This document shows positions 49,701 through 63,400 of a stretch of 64,000 nucleotides of DNA, in pieces. Each line of letters starts with the position of its first letter. Position 1 is the first letter of the stretch. The notes below the pieces were generated by a model. The model was not told the origin of the DNA, made no database searches, and worked only from the letters and a program-made list of their open reading frames with translations. Origin of the DNA: Azolla caroliniana (Eukaryota > Plantae > Polypodiophyta); assembly GCA_043228905.1 (NCBI GenBank), contig JBHGNT010000008.1, positions 8,742,001 to 8,806,000 on the forward strand. Reading direction: 5' to 3'. Both the position numbers and the translations under genes were made by a program.

Positions 49701-52700
49701 TATAGGGTTTCCCATGTAGTCAAGGTGAAGCATGCGCCACCACTCAGAGCACATGCTTTAACCTTCTCATGCACTAAGGTCTAAACATTCACCACCACTT
49801 CGCACACATGCTTTAGCTTGCACTTATGTGCTCATAATTATTTTATTTTTATCTAATTTCCCACACAAAAACTACATGTAATTCTATCTTATTTGTATTT
49901 ATATTGCCTCATAGATTGGAGGTATAAGGTTCGAATCTTGTCTTCAAAAATCACGTGCACAATGTTCTGATTAATCGTAAAAATCAGGTGTTCATGCTCT
50001 TGTTTGAAATGAGAACCTTTCCTTGGTCTTGATGTGGTTCATATTGTGTACCAAGGGCAACATGATACTGGGTCCTCGGGCTGATTGACATCTCTAGATC
50101 CCAGCTCTTGTGTCTGTTCCACCTTTCGCTGGTTTGTTGGATATATTCGTTTCTATTGTCTCAGATTGTTAGGAATATGTCCCTCCAGTGGGAGGAGCCG
50201 ATTGTTTGGGCCAAGAAGTGCTGACAGTCGAAGACTAGTAGGAGCAAACTGCTTGGGCTGAGTACCGATAGTTGAAGAGTCGACTGCGAGAAAGTCGACT
50301 GGGTGAGTCGACAGAAAGGAGATCTAGGTCGAAGATGCGACCAACTAGTCGGGCCAACCAGATGGTCGATGACCAGGCCGACTAGTCGAACCGGCTGGAC
50401 AATCAACACTAGGACCGACTGATGGCCACTCATTATTATAGATAATAATAGTAGTGTTGTGTAGTAGTGGCTACATTTGTAAATAGCCCATACAAGGTAT
50501 AAATATAAATACACCTAGGGCAAGTAGTGTCTCGTGTGTGATCCTTTGTTGTAGAAAGAAAGAAAGAAAGAAAGAAAGATATATTAACGTCTTTTAAGAG
50601 GCCAAAATGGCCTATAAGACCAAATAAGAGATTACATCTTAAGTGTTGTCTCGTCTTTGAGAACAAATCAAAATAAAATAAATATTACACAGTAAATATA
50701 AAAGTAAATAACATGAAAAGAAAAGAAATGAGGGAATCTGGTTTTTGGCACATGTGAGATCCTCAAGTTAGGTATATTGTAGCTTTTGGCTTCAAAAGAT
50801 CTCTAGCATAGGTCGATCCAGAATGGAAATGTCTCCGAAGCGAGGGAAGCACCTACGATGGCGGGAGATAATGGCTTTTATCTGTCGATGACAAGGGTGT
50901 CGAGGTCGTGGTCCATGGGACCGAGGCCTACGTGCACGGCAAATTGCCATTGCCCGATCAATTGCCTTGCATAGTGGGCCAAAGCCTTGTTTAAAGAGGC
51001 AATGGTATCTCCCTTTGATTTCATAAAAGACACTACAATGACAAACATAGTGTTCTTCAGATTCCACTCCTTGATGGCACAATTGGCAAATTCTCTCTTC
51101 TAGAGGTAGTCGTGTATATCTGCCTACCTCAATCTGTAGCTGATGTGATGAAGTTCGCAGCTGCCCTATCACACTACGCAGCGCATAGGATAGATGTATG
51201 TCCATATAAGGTGGCCTGATGACAAATCCATCCTCCGATGTATGTAAGAAGTGTGTCTTATAGTGTGCCATCTTTATACCAAGTGGTATTTTGGGGCTGA
51301 TCCATGTTATCTTGTTTTCCAAGTTAATAATATCAGTTTGGATCACTCTATTTTTTTCCACTTTGGTCATATTTAGATGGGGACAGTCCAAGCTATATTG
51401 GAATGGGGGTAGGGCATTTATACTCATGCCATGTGACTCGAACCATTGTTGCATTTCAGCATACCAACAATGAGTGTCTCCATTTTCAGCCAGTTGTTTT
51501 GATGACATAAGTGCCAACCTTGGGTACCTTCGTTTAGGGAGCTCCCAAAGACATTGGATAAATGTCACTGATCAGAATAACGCCTCGGTTATTATAGGTG
51601 CTGCTCCCATCTCTGCCCGGATTATATCGTGGGGCACCGATGCTTTGCTCCTTATCATGTGAGAAAGAAAGAAAGAACGACAGAGAAGAGTGAGAACGAG
51701 AAGAGAGACTGCGAGAGCGGCGCCGTAGCTGTGGCTGATACACTCAGATTAGAGAGTGTTGTACTCTAATCCCGTCCTTGTATATCCACTATATATATAA
51801 TGAAGCTCCGTTCTCCGTGGTTTTCTCCCGCTTTAGGGTTTCCACGTAAAATCAGTGCACATTGTCTTCTGCGTTTCCTGAACTGTGTATTTCAGCGCAT
51901 TCCTTTATTGTGGATTGACGATTCATTTCTCAACACAGATATCCTATCTGTGGTATGTGGCCATTCATCGAAATCCACTTCCGGGCTGAATACTATCTTC
52001 CTTCCTGTCAGATCATAGTCCGTAGGGCTTAGACGTTGACTTGCATCCAATGAAGATGCATCTGTTGCTCAGCTTCTAGTTTTGTCCCAAAATTGCACAC
52101 GCACCCAACATGTACTACCAACCACATATAGATATGTTGCCAACAGTGTCTTCCCTGAATAAGCTTCCAATGGAGTCACCCACTCCATGGCCATCGTGAA
52201 AATTTGATCGAGTATGTAGGTCATAGTGTTAATAGCTTCCATCAGAAAGATGCCTTATTTTATTTGTTTATATGAGTTCTTCTACTTCGTTAGATAGATT
52301 CATAGATTCAAGTCTTAGCTTATAATATAGAATTGTGTTTTTATAGTGACCCTTCTAGCATGATCTTACATTGTCGTCAGATATATATTGATTGACTCTT
52401 CTTTGAACCCTTGATGTTGTAGAACTAGCAGTATTTGAGTGCCAATTATTGTCTGCTTGTAAAACTAACCTACATGAAGATATATCTTTAGCAACTTTAA
52501 TCTCACTGGAGGCCTGAATTTTGTGAGCATCATAGATATATGACGTCAGTATACCTTGATGCATGCAGGTTGACATTCATGTTCACAGAAGTTGTGGATA
52601 ATGTTAAAATATATGACGTCAGTATATCTTGATGCATGCAGGTTGACATTCATGTTCATATACAAACCTGTAAGTTTTAAATCTATGGTCTTTCGTTCAT

Positions 52701-53343
52701 ATGTACAAACCTGTTGAACATGACCTTTGAGGCATTTGTTTTCCCTATATACAAGCAACTTCAGCAATATTTGCTTACTATGAAACAAATGGTCGGTGAT
52801 GCAGCATGCCTGCTAACATCATATGATTGTATATAAGCCTTTGGCAGCATTGTACTACATTTCTTTTTCTGTGTTAAAGTTAGTGAAAGTCTATATATAT
52901 CATTAAAAAGAATGGAGCAATTTTCTGTTTTGGCAGGATAATCATTGTATATATTTTGATGTAAAATTTGCAAAAGTAATAACAGCATTGCGGAGTGCAG
53001 CAGATCTTGTTTATATTATCCACATGCTTTTGCAGGTAATAAATGAATTTGGTATGCTTTACAGGTATTTTCTTCTGGTTTTGTATCTTAACAGGAATGG
53101 TTTTAGTTTCCCTCCCAGGCCCCACCTTACCTTGTGTTTGCAGCTTATTTGAAAGAAAACATTATAATTTTACTATAATAATTCTTTGTAACCATTACTA
53201 TTTCTCAGTTTCGATTGGCATATTTTGGGCCATCATCTGGAATCGGTTCCGGGCCTCTCATTGATGAACCAAAGCAGATAGTGGCACACTATCTTTTGGG
53301 ATGGTTTTCCCTTGACTTGGTTGTGGTATTGCCTCTACCTCAG
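43740..53343 (+). CDS. CNGC20: Cyclic nucleotide-gated ion channel, group IV-A (CNGC19/20-like), 5' part: exons 43740-44231, 45639-45830, 52937-53035, 53209-53343; presumably continues beyond the window
   Basis: EHLLRSGPLGKCDDPFCTTCP; VPGIMHPHTKKLQKWNKFF..VDPLFF; DNHCIYF..LRSAADLVYIIHMLLQ; FRLAY..LDLVVVLPLPQ; four phase-0 exons with GT-AG boundaries. Confidence 0.9.
46380..46545 (+). pseudogene. LINE RT N-terminal fragment
   Basis: Reads approximately WTEHSIVSIFKSGDPMIPRNYRG.SIGH..AKLYG with a frameshift. Confidence 0.6.
46594..48160 (-). mobile_element. Two tandem 5'-truncated LINE (RTEX-like) 3' ends
   Basis: SSHQLEVEV..ARICQLCHQGVEYEERYVCHC; shared 3' UTR and (CTTT)n tail. Confidence 0.8.
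48560..49080. repeat. 171-bp tandem repeat, 3 copies
   Basis: Units start at 48560, 48740 and 48911; copies 2 and 3 are nearly identical. Confidence 0.95.
50167..51935 (+). mobile_element. Solo LTR with TSD CAGAT, interrupted by a LINE
   Basis: CAGAT|TGTTAGG ... CTCAACA|CAGAT. Confidence 0.85.
50553..51661 (-). mobile_element. 5'-truncated RTEX-like LINE inserted in a GAAA tract
   Basis: ORF 50792-51568 with LRTSSHQLQIEVGRY..ERICQLC..ESEEHYVCHC; AGAAAGAAAGAAAG on both sides. Confidence 0.85.
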
Positions 53344-53862
53344 GTATGCCTCTGGAACATAATTTGTCTCACAGGCATATGTACTTTTTGACTGTTTAGT
53401 GTTACCGAATTGTTAAAACTGAGATATATTAGCCAGCTACTGCACTACACAATACCATGTCTATTTATCGTTGAATCAATTAAAGTGTAAGAAAGGATAT
53501 AACAACATCGATGTAGAAGTAAATAGGATGACTTATCTACATTGGACATTGGCAGCTACTTTGTTGGAGAGTTTCAAGTCTAGGGTCTTGAGAGAAGTTG
53601 TTGAAAGATAACAATACAACCACAACAGCTCATTAACAAAGGACCACACCTTTCTTTACCTCCACCACTCCTCATTCTACAAGTCAATCAAGGACTACAA
53701 AGTAGGATCTTGACCACAACACTTAACAGGGGTTATAATAGATCAGTCAATAACAAGTTATTGTGTATTAAGGCCACGCCCATTTGAACTTTGATACCAT
53801 CACCCTTGACATTGATAGATAAGAGCCATTACTATCTGACACAAAGGTGTGTCCCTTGCTTC

Positions 53863-54490
53863 AGAAAGAAGAAAGATATATTAATGTCTTTTAAGAGGCC
53901 AAAATTGCGTATAAGACCAAACAATAAATTGCATCTTAAGTGTTGTCTCGTCTTTGAGAACAACAAATCAAAATAGAATAAGTAGTACTCAGTAAATATA
54001 AAAGTAAATAAGATAAAAACAGATGAGGAAATCTGGTTTTCAGCACATGTGAGATTCTCAAGTTAGACATATTGTAACTTTTGTCTTCAAAAGATCTCTA
54101 GCATATGTCGATCCAGAATGGAGAGGTCTCCGAAGCAAGGGAAACAACTGCAGTGGAGGGAGATAATGTCCTTTATTTGTCAATCTTGGATTGTCTCATG
54201 TTAGAGATCTTTTGAATGCAGAAGTTTCCATCCATCTAAATCGGGAATGCTAAGTGCTCAGCTATACTAGTTTAGTTATATTTAATTTGGTTTGTGTTTT
54301 TCAAAGACGAGACAACACTTAAGATGTAATCTCTTGTTTGGTCTTATAGGCCATTTTGGCCTCTTAAAAGACGTTAATATATCTTTCTTTCTTTCTTTCA
54401 AAGACAAAACAACATTTTGAGATGTAATCTCTCCTTTGGACTCAATTCCATTTTGTTCCTCTTAAAAGACTTAATACATATTTTCTTCTC
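53863..54490. mobile_element. Short LINE 3'-end copies in inverted orientation
   Basis: 53863 to about 54185 on the minus strand; about 54190-54399 on the plus strand; degenerate third copy to about 54490. Confidence 0.8.
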
Positions 54491-54780
54491 TTTTCCTATA
54501 TCTACTCTTCCTTCATCCATGAAGGACATTCATTGCTCTCAAATCTTGTGCCTATTACATTTCATTCAGAACATTAATGGTAGACTTCGATAATCAGTTT
54601 AAAGGTTGATACTAAACCACCTACTCCCTGTCATATATTGCTGAAAAATTGTGTCAGGAATAAGATTTTATTTCAGCTTCACATGCAAATACCTTTTTCT
54701 GGTTCAATGACTATGTTATGATTGGGTATAATGAAGTGAAGAAGAGGTGACACTATCATCTAATCAGAACAATCTAATTA

Positions 54781-54820
<40 letters not shown>

Positions 54821-55195
54821 GGGTGCTGAGGTCGTGGTCCATGGGGCCAGGGCCTACGTGCGCGACAAATTGCTATTGTCTGATCTATTGTAACTCCTTT
54901 GTTATGTACTGGTCGGGAGCCCATTTGTGTATCCCTTGATTGACTGCAACATTAGTAGGAGTGATGGGGCTAAAGAAAGTTGTTATTGTTCTTTGTGGAT
55001 GAGCTTGTGTGGTGGTATTATTACCCTTCAACAACTTTTCCCTATGTCTATTGAGTTCTAGCAAGAAAAGTCCTAGGCACTGTTGGTCCTCATATTCCAT
55101 TACCTTGTTTAGTGGGCCAAAGCCTTGTTTAAAGAGGCAATGGTACCTCCCTCTGATTTCGTCAAAGACACTACAGTGACGAACATAGTGCTTCT
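54781..55195 (-). mobile_element. LINE 3' fragment of the same family
   Basis: Homologous to 47190-47550 and 50900-51060; (GAAA)n tract. Confidence 0.75.
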
Positions 55196-55284
55196 TCTTG
55201 GCCCTTTTCTATCTCAGTTTGAAAGCTTTCCATGTATGTGCTGATGACAAGCTTCCCCTGTAGTTTGAGAAAATACATTAGGTT

Positions 55285-58200
55285 CGTTGGGGTAAAGGCC
55301 CTAAATGACCCCCTTATAGTGTGTACATGTATATAGGCCTATTTATAAAGGCCAAAAGTCACTCATCACTTTTTTGTTACTTTTGGGCCAAGTTCAGTGT
55401 GAACTTGGCAAACCCTAAATGGGCCATATAAAACATAAGTTAAAAACTTTTGGATCTCTCTTAAAAGGTGAGCTCCTCCAACTATTGCTCTCTCACTCTC
55501 TCTCTCTCTCTATCTTTTCTACCATAGCTCCACTATTGCATCTAAAGGGCCTATACTAGGGTGAATCCTGAGTATTCCTTAGCCCTATTGACATCAGTCC
55601 TAACCCTTACAACTGGTATCAGAGCAGATTTAGGGTTTCTGAACTTCTGCACAGTTGCTGTACAGCAAAGAACAGGTGTTCAGACCTCTTTATTGTGAGC
55701 TATGGCGTCATCCTCCTCAAAAGCGAAGAATCTTTTTGAGATTCGACGATTTGAGGGAACAGGTTTCGACTTGTGGAAGGAAAGAATGCAAGGAATTCTT
55801 TTTTTGAAGGATTGTGAGAGTGCGTTGGAGGCAGAAAAACCAGAGAACATGTCAGAAGATGCATAGCAGATTTTAAACAAAAAGGCTATCATATATATCA
55901 AGATGGCTGTTTCTGATGAGATCTTGATAGATCTCAAAGGGTTGGAATCTGCTTCTAAAATATGGGCAAAGCTGAAGGCCACATATGAAAGCAGTACACC
56001 TGTTAATCAAGTACACCTAATGCGAAAGCTCGTTGGCATGCAATTGGATGAGTCCAAGAGTGCAGCTGAACACTTGTCCTTGTTTACAGGTACCTTATCA
56101 CAGCTGCAAGACTCAGGAATGACTCCTTTTGATGATAAGCTCAAAGCCATTTTCTTGTTAATGACACTACTTGACTCATGGGAGACATTGGTAGTCTCAT
56201 TATCTAATAGCCCCAACTTGACCTTTGATGGTATTAGGGGCTCCATACTCAATGAAGAGATCAGGAGAAAAGCACGTGGAGAAGGTGGCAACTCAGCCAA
56301 CATGGTTAGAGGTAGGACAGATAAAAGAAGTAACTATGCACATAGGAACAAAAGTAAAAGCCATGAAAGGGGAAGTAGCAGCAAAGTTAAAAGCAATGAC
56401 GTAACATGCTATCGGTGTGGCAGGAAAGGCCACAAGAAACCTGATTGCCGCTATTACAAAGCTGAACTTGAAAGAAAAAGGAATTCTGAAGATAAGAGAA
56501 AGGACAAGACTAATGCACATGACAGCCAAAAGGACGAAGAGAAGGCCAATTTGGCCTCTAATGTAGTCATAGAGGAGCTGTTAGATGTTGAGGACATTTT
56601 ATGTGCTAGTTTTTCAGCAGATGATACTTATGCATATGATGCCTCTCCAAATATTCCTTCAGAGGACATGTGCATCACTAAGAATGATCTTATTGATGCT
56701 TTGCTGACTGTCAATGATGCATTAGCCCAAACATGGATAGTTGACTCTGGTGCTTCATTTCATGTGACTCCTATCAAGGAGTGTTTTTTTACTTTTACTG
56801 TAGGCAGCCATGGCCATGTATACCTTGGAAACAATCATGCATGTTCCATTGAGGGTATTGGCACTGTGCGTTTTTCTACAAATGGCACTAATGAGCTGGT
56901 TTTGCATAAAGTGTGTTATGTACCAGGGATCAAGAAGAGCTTGCTTTCTGTGGGGCAAATGGATATGCATGGTTATAGCATTCTCTTTGAGAGAGGATCA
57001 TGGAAAATGACAAAAGGTTCAAGGCTGATTGTGAAAGTTCACTCCCATATGGAGTTGTGGCATAAGAGACTTGGCCATATGAGCCAAAAGGGTCTCACTA
57101 GGCTTTGTAATCTAAAGAAGCTTGATGCTAAAGGCACGCAGCTTAATTTTTGTAATGAATGCCAATATGGAAAGCAAGTGAAGCTTTCCTTTTACTCTGG
57201 CGTGTCTCGTAAGTCTTGTGTACTTGATCTTGTTTATTCTGATGTGTGTAGCATGCCCACCAAATCTATGGGGGGTGCAATGTATTTTATCTCATTTGTT
57301 GATGATTTCTCTAGAAAAATTTGGGTTCAATTGCTTAAATCTAAGGATGAAGCCTTAGCTGCATTTAAGCGTTTTTATGCATTTGTGACCACTCAAACAG
57401 GCAGAAAACTGAAATGTTTGCGTACGGACAATGGTGGTGAATATACAAGTGCTGAATTCAAGAAATTTTGTGAAATTTTGGGTATTAAGAGGGAGCTTAT
57501 TGTTCCATATAACCCCTCTTCTAATGGTGTGAGAAAGTGAGATGCATGCTGTCCACTGCTAATCTCCCTCATGTCTTTTGGGGAGAGGCACTGAAAACTG
57601 CAGTACATGTATGCAATAGATCCCCTCACACGCTTTAAAGGGTGACATCCCTGAAGAGGTTTGGTCTGGCAAACCCGCTTCATATGATCACTTACATGTC
57701 TTTGGCTGCGAGGCTTTTGTACATATAAGGCCTGAGCTGAGAAACAAACTTGATGCCAAGTCCATTAAGGGCTTCTTCATGGGATATGGTGAAGAAGGCG
57801 AAATGGGTATAGGATTTGGATACCCCAGCTCAAGAAGGTTATACGCAGCCGAAATGTTGTTTTCAATGAGGCAAGGCTGCTTCAAAACAATTGTGCCTCA
57901 AAAGATGACTATAAAAGGGTTAGATTTCAGCATGACCAGCCACCTGTTAGACCTAGTTTTGACCATCAGGATCCACCACAAAGGACTGAAAATATTGATC
58001 ATCCAGTGGTTTTGGAGCCAGAAGATGTTGGACAGCAAGATGAGGATCCTGAAAGGAATATGCAGCCAAATAATAATGCTGAAAATGGTGCTGAAAATAA
58101 TGGACAGCAGCCCAACAATGATGATTTGGACCTGCCACCTGATGTTGATCCATTTCCTGACAATATGGATCATTGGGTGAGACGTTCTACTCGTATAAGA

Positions 58201-60130
58201 CGAAATGTGAGTAGATTTGACCCCTCGTTGCACTACATAATGTTGACCGATGAGGGAGAACCTCTTACATATAAAGAGGCAAAGGCATGTGAGCACAACA
58301 ATAAGTGGGAGCTTGCTATGCAAGAAGAGATTAAGGCTTTGCATTCAAATAATACTTGGGACTTGGTTGAACTGCCCAAAGGAAGGAAAGCTATTCCTAA
58401 CAAATGGGTATATAAAATCAAGACCGTTGATGACAAACCCAAGTATAAAGCAAGGCTGGTTGCAAAAGGATATGCTCAAACTAAGGGCATAGATTTTCAG
58501 GAAGTGTTTTCTCCTGTGGTAAAAATGACCAGTTTGTGAGTGCTATTTGCTATAGTGGCTGCACTTGATCTGGAATTAGACCAAATGGATGTACATACAG
58601 CTTTTCTGCATGGTGACATTGACGAAGAGCTTTACATGAAACAGCCTGAGGGCTTTTTTATTCCTGGAAAGGAACATTTGGTATGTAAGCTCAATAGAAG
58701 CTTGTATGGGTTGAAACAAGATTCTAGACAATGGTACAAAAAGTTTGACGCTTTTATGCTCAAACATGAGTACAAAAGAAGCCATGCTGATCACTGTTTG
58801 TATACTAAAAGAGATGAAAGTGGCGACCCAATCATTCTTGTACTATATGTAGATGATATGCTCATTGCTGCCAAGAAAAGGAGCATTGTCGATGTCCTTA
58901 AAAAGCAGCTGAAATCTGCATTTTCAATGAAAGACCTTGGGGAAGCTGAACATGTACTTGGAGTAAGAATTAGTAGACAAAGGGAGCAGCACACACTGTA
59001 TTTATCTCAAGAAAAATACATTGACAAGGTGCTGGACAGATTTTGTATGGCTGACGCAAAGCCTCTAGGAGTGCCTTTACAGCCATATGATAAAGTCTCT
59101 AAGGAAGATTGTCCTAAGACACAAGAAGCAATCAATGACATGCAAGGTGTACCTTATGCTTCAGCTTGTGGTTCACTTATGTATGCTATGGTTGCTACTA
59201 GACCTGATATTGCCTATGCAGTGGGAGTTGTAAGCCGATTCATGGCTAATCCGGGCAAGGCACATTGGAATGCAGTAAAGTCCATTATGAGGTACTTAAA
59301 AGGGACTAAAAATAAATGCCTCTGTTATGGAAAAGGCCCATTAGAGCTGAAGGGTTTCTGTGACGCTGACATGGCAGGTGATGTGGATACACGGAAATCC
59401 ACAAGTGGCTATGTATTCACACTTGCAGGTGGTGCTATATCATGGTGTAGTAGGCTGCAAAAGGTTGTTGCTTTGTCCACTACTGAGGCAGAATATATCT
59501 CAGCCACCGAGGCTTCCAAGGAAGCAATATGGTTAGCACGTCTATGCAGTGAGTTTGGTTTGCCTGAAAAGGCACCCATTCTTGGTTGTGATAGCCAAAG
59601 TGCCATCTGTTTGGCAAAGAATGCTATGTTTCATGCACGCACAAAACATATTGATGTGCGATATCACTTCATTCGAGAAGTGCTTGAGGATGGCCTTATC
59701 ACATTGATAAAGGTCCACACATCACAGAACCCTGCGGATGTACTGACCAAGTGCTTACCCAAAGCACAACATCAGATATGTATACAAATGGTGGGAGTCA
59801 TGTAGCTTAAAGGCGTCATTTATGCCTTTAAGTGGGAGGTTGTTGGGGTAAAGGCCCTAAATGACCCCCTTATAGTGTGTACATGTATATAGGCCTATTT
59901 ATAAAGGCCAAAAGTCACTCATCACTTTTTTGTTACTTTTGGGCCATATAAATGGGCCATATAAAACATAAGTTAAAAACTTTTGGATCTCACTTAAAAG
60001 GTGAGCTCCTCCAACTATTGCTCTCTCTCTATCTTTTCTACCATAGCTCCACTATTGCATCTAAAGGGCCTATACTAGGGTGAATCCTGAGTATTCCTTA
60101 GCCCTATTGACATCAGTCCTAACCCTTACA
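55285..60130 (+). mobile_element. Full-length Copia element H in a CNGC intron
   Basis: LTRs 55285-55611 and 59841-60130; TSD AGGTT; PBS TGGTATCAGAGC at 55614; PPT AAGTGGGAGG. Confidence 0.95.
55702..59805 (+). pseudogene. Copia H gag-pol, disrupted
   Basis: CYRCGRKGHKKPDC; WIVDSGAS; LRTDNGGEY; VLYVDD; NPADVLTK; stops and frameshifts. Confidence 0.92.
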
Positions 60131-60476
60131 AGGTTATGGTGCCAAATGTTTGCAATTCATCATGGCCGTCAAAGTATTGTATTCAGAAAGTATGCGACAT
60201 ACTTAATTGCTTAACACAATTATAGTCAATGATACAATGACAATGCATACTGATAAGAATCTCTTTATATTATTCTCTCAACATGATTCCAAACTGCATG
60301 AATTGTACATGCATATATAGTTTCTAGAGGGTGTCCAATAGATATCAGGAATAGTTACACCTGGACATATCTTGTAATTGTTTGGATCAGCAAACACTAA
60401 CTACTATTTAATATATGTTATATTTACTTGTTTATCTATTTATCAGACACTGTATGCGTGAAAGCATGGGAATGGG

Positions 60477-63400
60477 TGTTGGGAACTGAGACCGTCAGTG
60501 CGGAAACATAAACAGCACCTTGCTATGAAGATCACCGAGTTATCATGTGTAAGCAAGATGCAACAGAGAATCTGAGAGAGAGAGACAGAGAGGCATGCAA
60601 TGTAACATTATTATTCAGAGAATGGTTACAATGCAATGGAGGTGGCAGCTCTCTAACAAAATAACAACCACCTTATGAGCTAGGTTACAAAGCCCTTTAT
60701 ATACTAACTGGGCTAGGGCAATGACGCTTTGACATATTTACAAAGATGTCCTAAACCTAGACTGTCCAAAGAAACAGTGTGAATACAGCCATTAGAGACC
60801 CGTATTCGACACTCCCCCGTAATGGGTGTATACACCAAAAAACCTATAAAAGAATAAATAAGAGTTACAGATTATACCAAAATTGTTAAACATATCAGTT
60901 TTGTTCGAATCGGCAAAACCCGAAAAGTAGAAGGTCGAGTCGGTAGGGGTTGGAAGAACTAAAGCCGAGCTTCAAACTATTGATTTCGATTGTCTGAGAA
61001 CGTCTTGAATGTCCGACTCAATCGGACTGATTTTTCTCTACGCCCATCTAGTGTCGAAGGGATCGGAATCAATCCGCCAAAAGACACTTGGTCATCCCAT
61101 CTGTGACATTATCGATTGTAGATATCTTCTCGAGGCCGATTTTCCCTGAAATGACGCAGTTCCGAACAAAGTGATATTGAACATCGATATGCTTGGAGGT
61201 GTTGTGATGAACCGGATTTTTCGATACAGCAACAACACCTTGATTGTCACTGTAGACAACTGGAGTTGAGTCGAAGTTGACTTGTCGAAATGTGTGTGCT
61301 AGGCGACCAAGCCATAAGGCCTCTTTCGCCGCGTCAGACGCGGCTACGTATTTTGCCTCGGTCGTTGATGTGGCAATGCACTCCTGAAGTTGACGACTCC
61401 GATGGCATGAGCAATGTCAGGCCGTGTCGCGACCATCGCGTACATCAAGGAGCCGATTGCTGGTGCATATGGTACCGACTTCATATCTTCCCCCTCATGA
61501 CCGGATGTTGGGCAGTCTCGTTGAGATAGTCGAAGGTTAATGACGAGTGGGGTCAAAGTGGATTTGTCCGACTACATGTTAAAGTGTTCTAGGACACGTC
61601 CGATATAGTCAGATTGGGACAGAAACAATTGTCGTCGATTCCGATTTCGACTTATCTTCATCCCAAGAATGTGTCTTGCCAGACCGAGGTCTTTCATGGC
61701 AAACTTCAATTGCAGTTGCCGAACAAGTTTGACGAGATCACCGGTATGACGACCGGAGAGTAGCATGTCGTCCACATAGATGATAAGGAAGATGGGAGAC
61801 CCATCTCGGGCTGTTTTGGTGAAAGGCAGTGGTCCTCATCGCTTTTAGAGAAACACACTGATTGGATGAAGTCGTCGAACTTCTTGTACCACTGTCTCGG
61901 TGCGTGCTTTAGGCCGTATAGACTCTTCCTGAGTCGGGAGACTAGATATTCCTGGCCGGTTTCTACAAAGCCTTTCGGCTGCTCCATATAAAGTTCCTCC
62001 TCTAAATCTCCATGGAGGAAGGCCGTTTTTACATCTAGCTGGGTCAGCTCCAAGTTCTCGATTGCCACTACGCTGAGTAGAAATCTCAGGGTCGTCATTT
62101 TCACCACTGGTGAAAAGATCTTGTCGAAATCGACGCCATATTCCTGTCGAAACCCTTTCGCAAATAATCTAGCCTTGAATTTTGGGATGGCCGAATCGGA
62201 AGTCTCTTTTAATTTGTAGACCCACTTGCATGGAAGAGCACGTCGATTCTTCGGTAATTCGACCAAGTTCCAAGTTTTGTTTGCCCGAATGGAGTTCATT
62301 TCCGACTCCATCGCCAGATGCCATGTGGTCGAATTGGCTGATGCCGATGCTTCTTCGTATGATGTCGGTTCTCTAGTGTTCGTAAAGAAGATTCCTAGAG
62401 AGTACCTTTTGGGGGGTTGGGACAGTCGCTCGGATCTTCGAGGTATGACAGGACTGGTTGCATTGGATATCGGAGTTGGATGGTCGAAAGCCGAATCGTT
62501 TGGCTATGCCACGTCGATCGGTGCCGAGTCGGTGCTAGAGGATTCGGCTACCCGTGAAGCTGACCTCGTATTATGGACCGGGCCTTCGTGAAGGGCTGGT
62601 GCATCTGAAAAGGTTACCCTTCGGACTTCAATAGCCCTTTCGGCCGTCTTGTGCATAGCCGACTCATTGAACACTACGTCCGAACTTCGGACGATCTGTC
62701 TGTGCTCAGGGTCCTAGACTGGTATCCGAATTCGTCATCTGGTCCATAGCCAAGGAAAATACATTTCCTGGACCTTGGTTCTAATTTTCGGCGATCGTCT
62801 TTGGGGATGTATCCGGTTCTAGATAAATGCGTTATGCCGGCCTTGCTGAGGTGTCTGAGTCATCCATGCCATAGTGAAGACATTGGAATATCAACCAGGA
62901 ACAAGTCACCCTCTCTGAATGTGACGTAGAATGGGTACAAAGAATGTACTTTCGGTCCTCGAGCAAGCCGGAGGTTCCCCCTGTGGAGTGTCCACCCCTT
63001 GATGAGAAGCCGACACGCATTCTGTCTTCGTCCAATTGTCCGACTGAGATCAAAGGTATGTAGAGCTCAGGTACATGTCAGACATTGTGTAGTACTAAAG
63101 TAGAACTACCTGGGAGGTTGAGTTCTACAGTGCCGATTCCGATAATGGCGCGGTGTTGTGAATTTCTGACTCGTACTGAGTCGGAGTGTCGGGCCGAATA
63201 TTGCCGAAACTAGGATTTGTGAGGGGTCACATGATAGGACGCACCCGAATCCAAGAGCCATGTGCTCGATTCCTCAGTTGTAAGCAGAACTTCTGATTCA
63301 ACTAGGTTTTCAATGGATAGTATGTTCGAGTTGGTCGACCGTACTTTGGCTGAAGAGCCGACGTAATTGACCTCCTCATGCCGGCCACTCTTTTGATCTG

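Noticed and set aside
52535-52660. Direct duplication of about 50 bp with 73-bp spacing
   Set aside because: Simple local intronic duplication with no further structure
60131-60476. Candidate CNGC exon 5 between the two Copia elements
   Set aside because: No frame matching the expected next transmembrane segments
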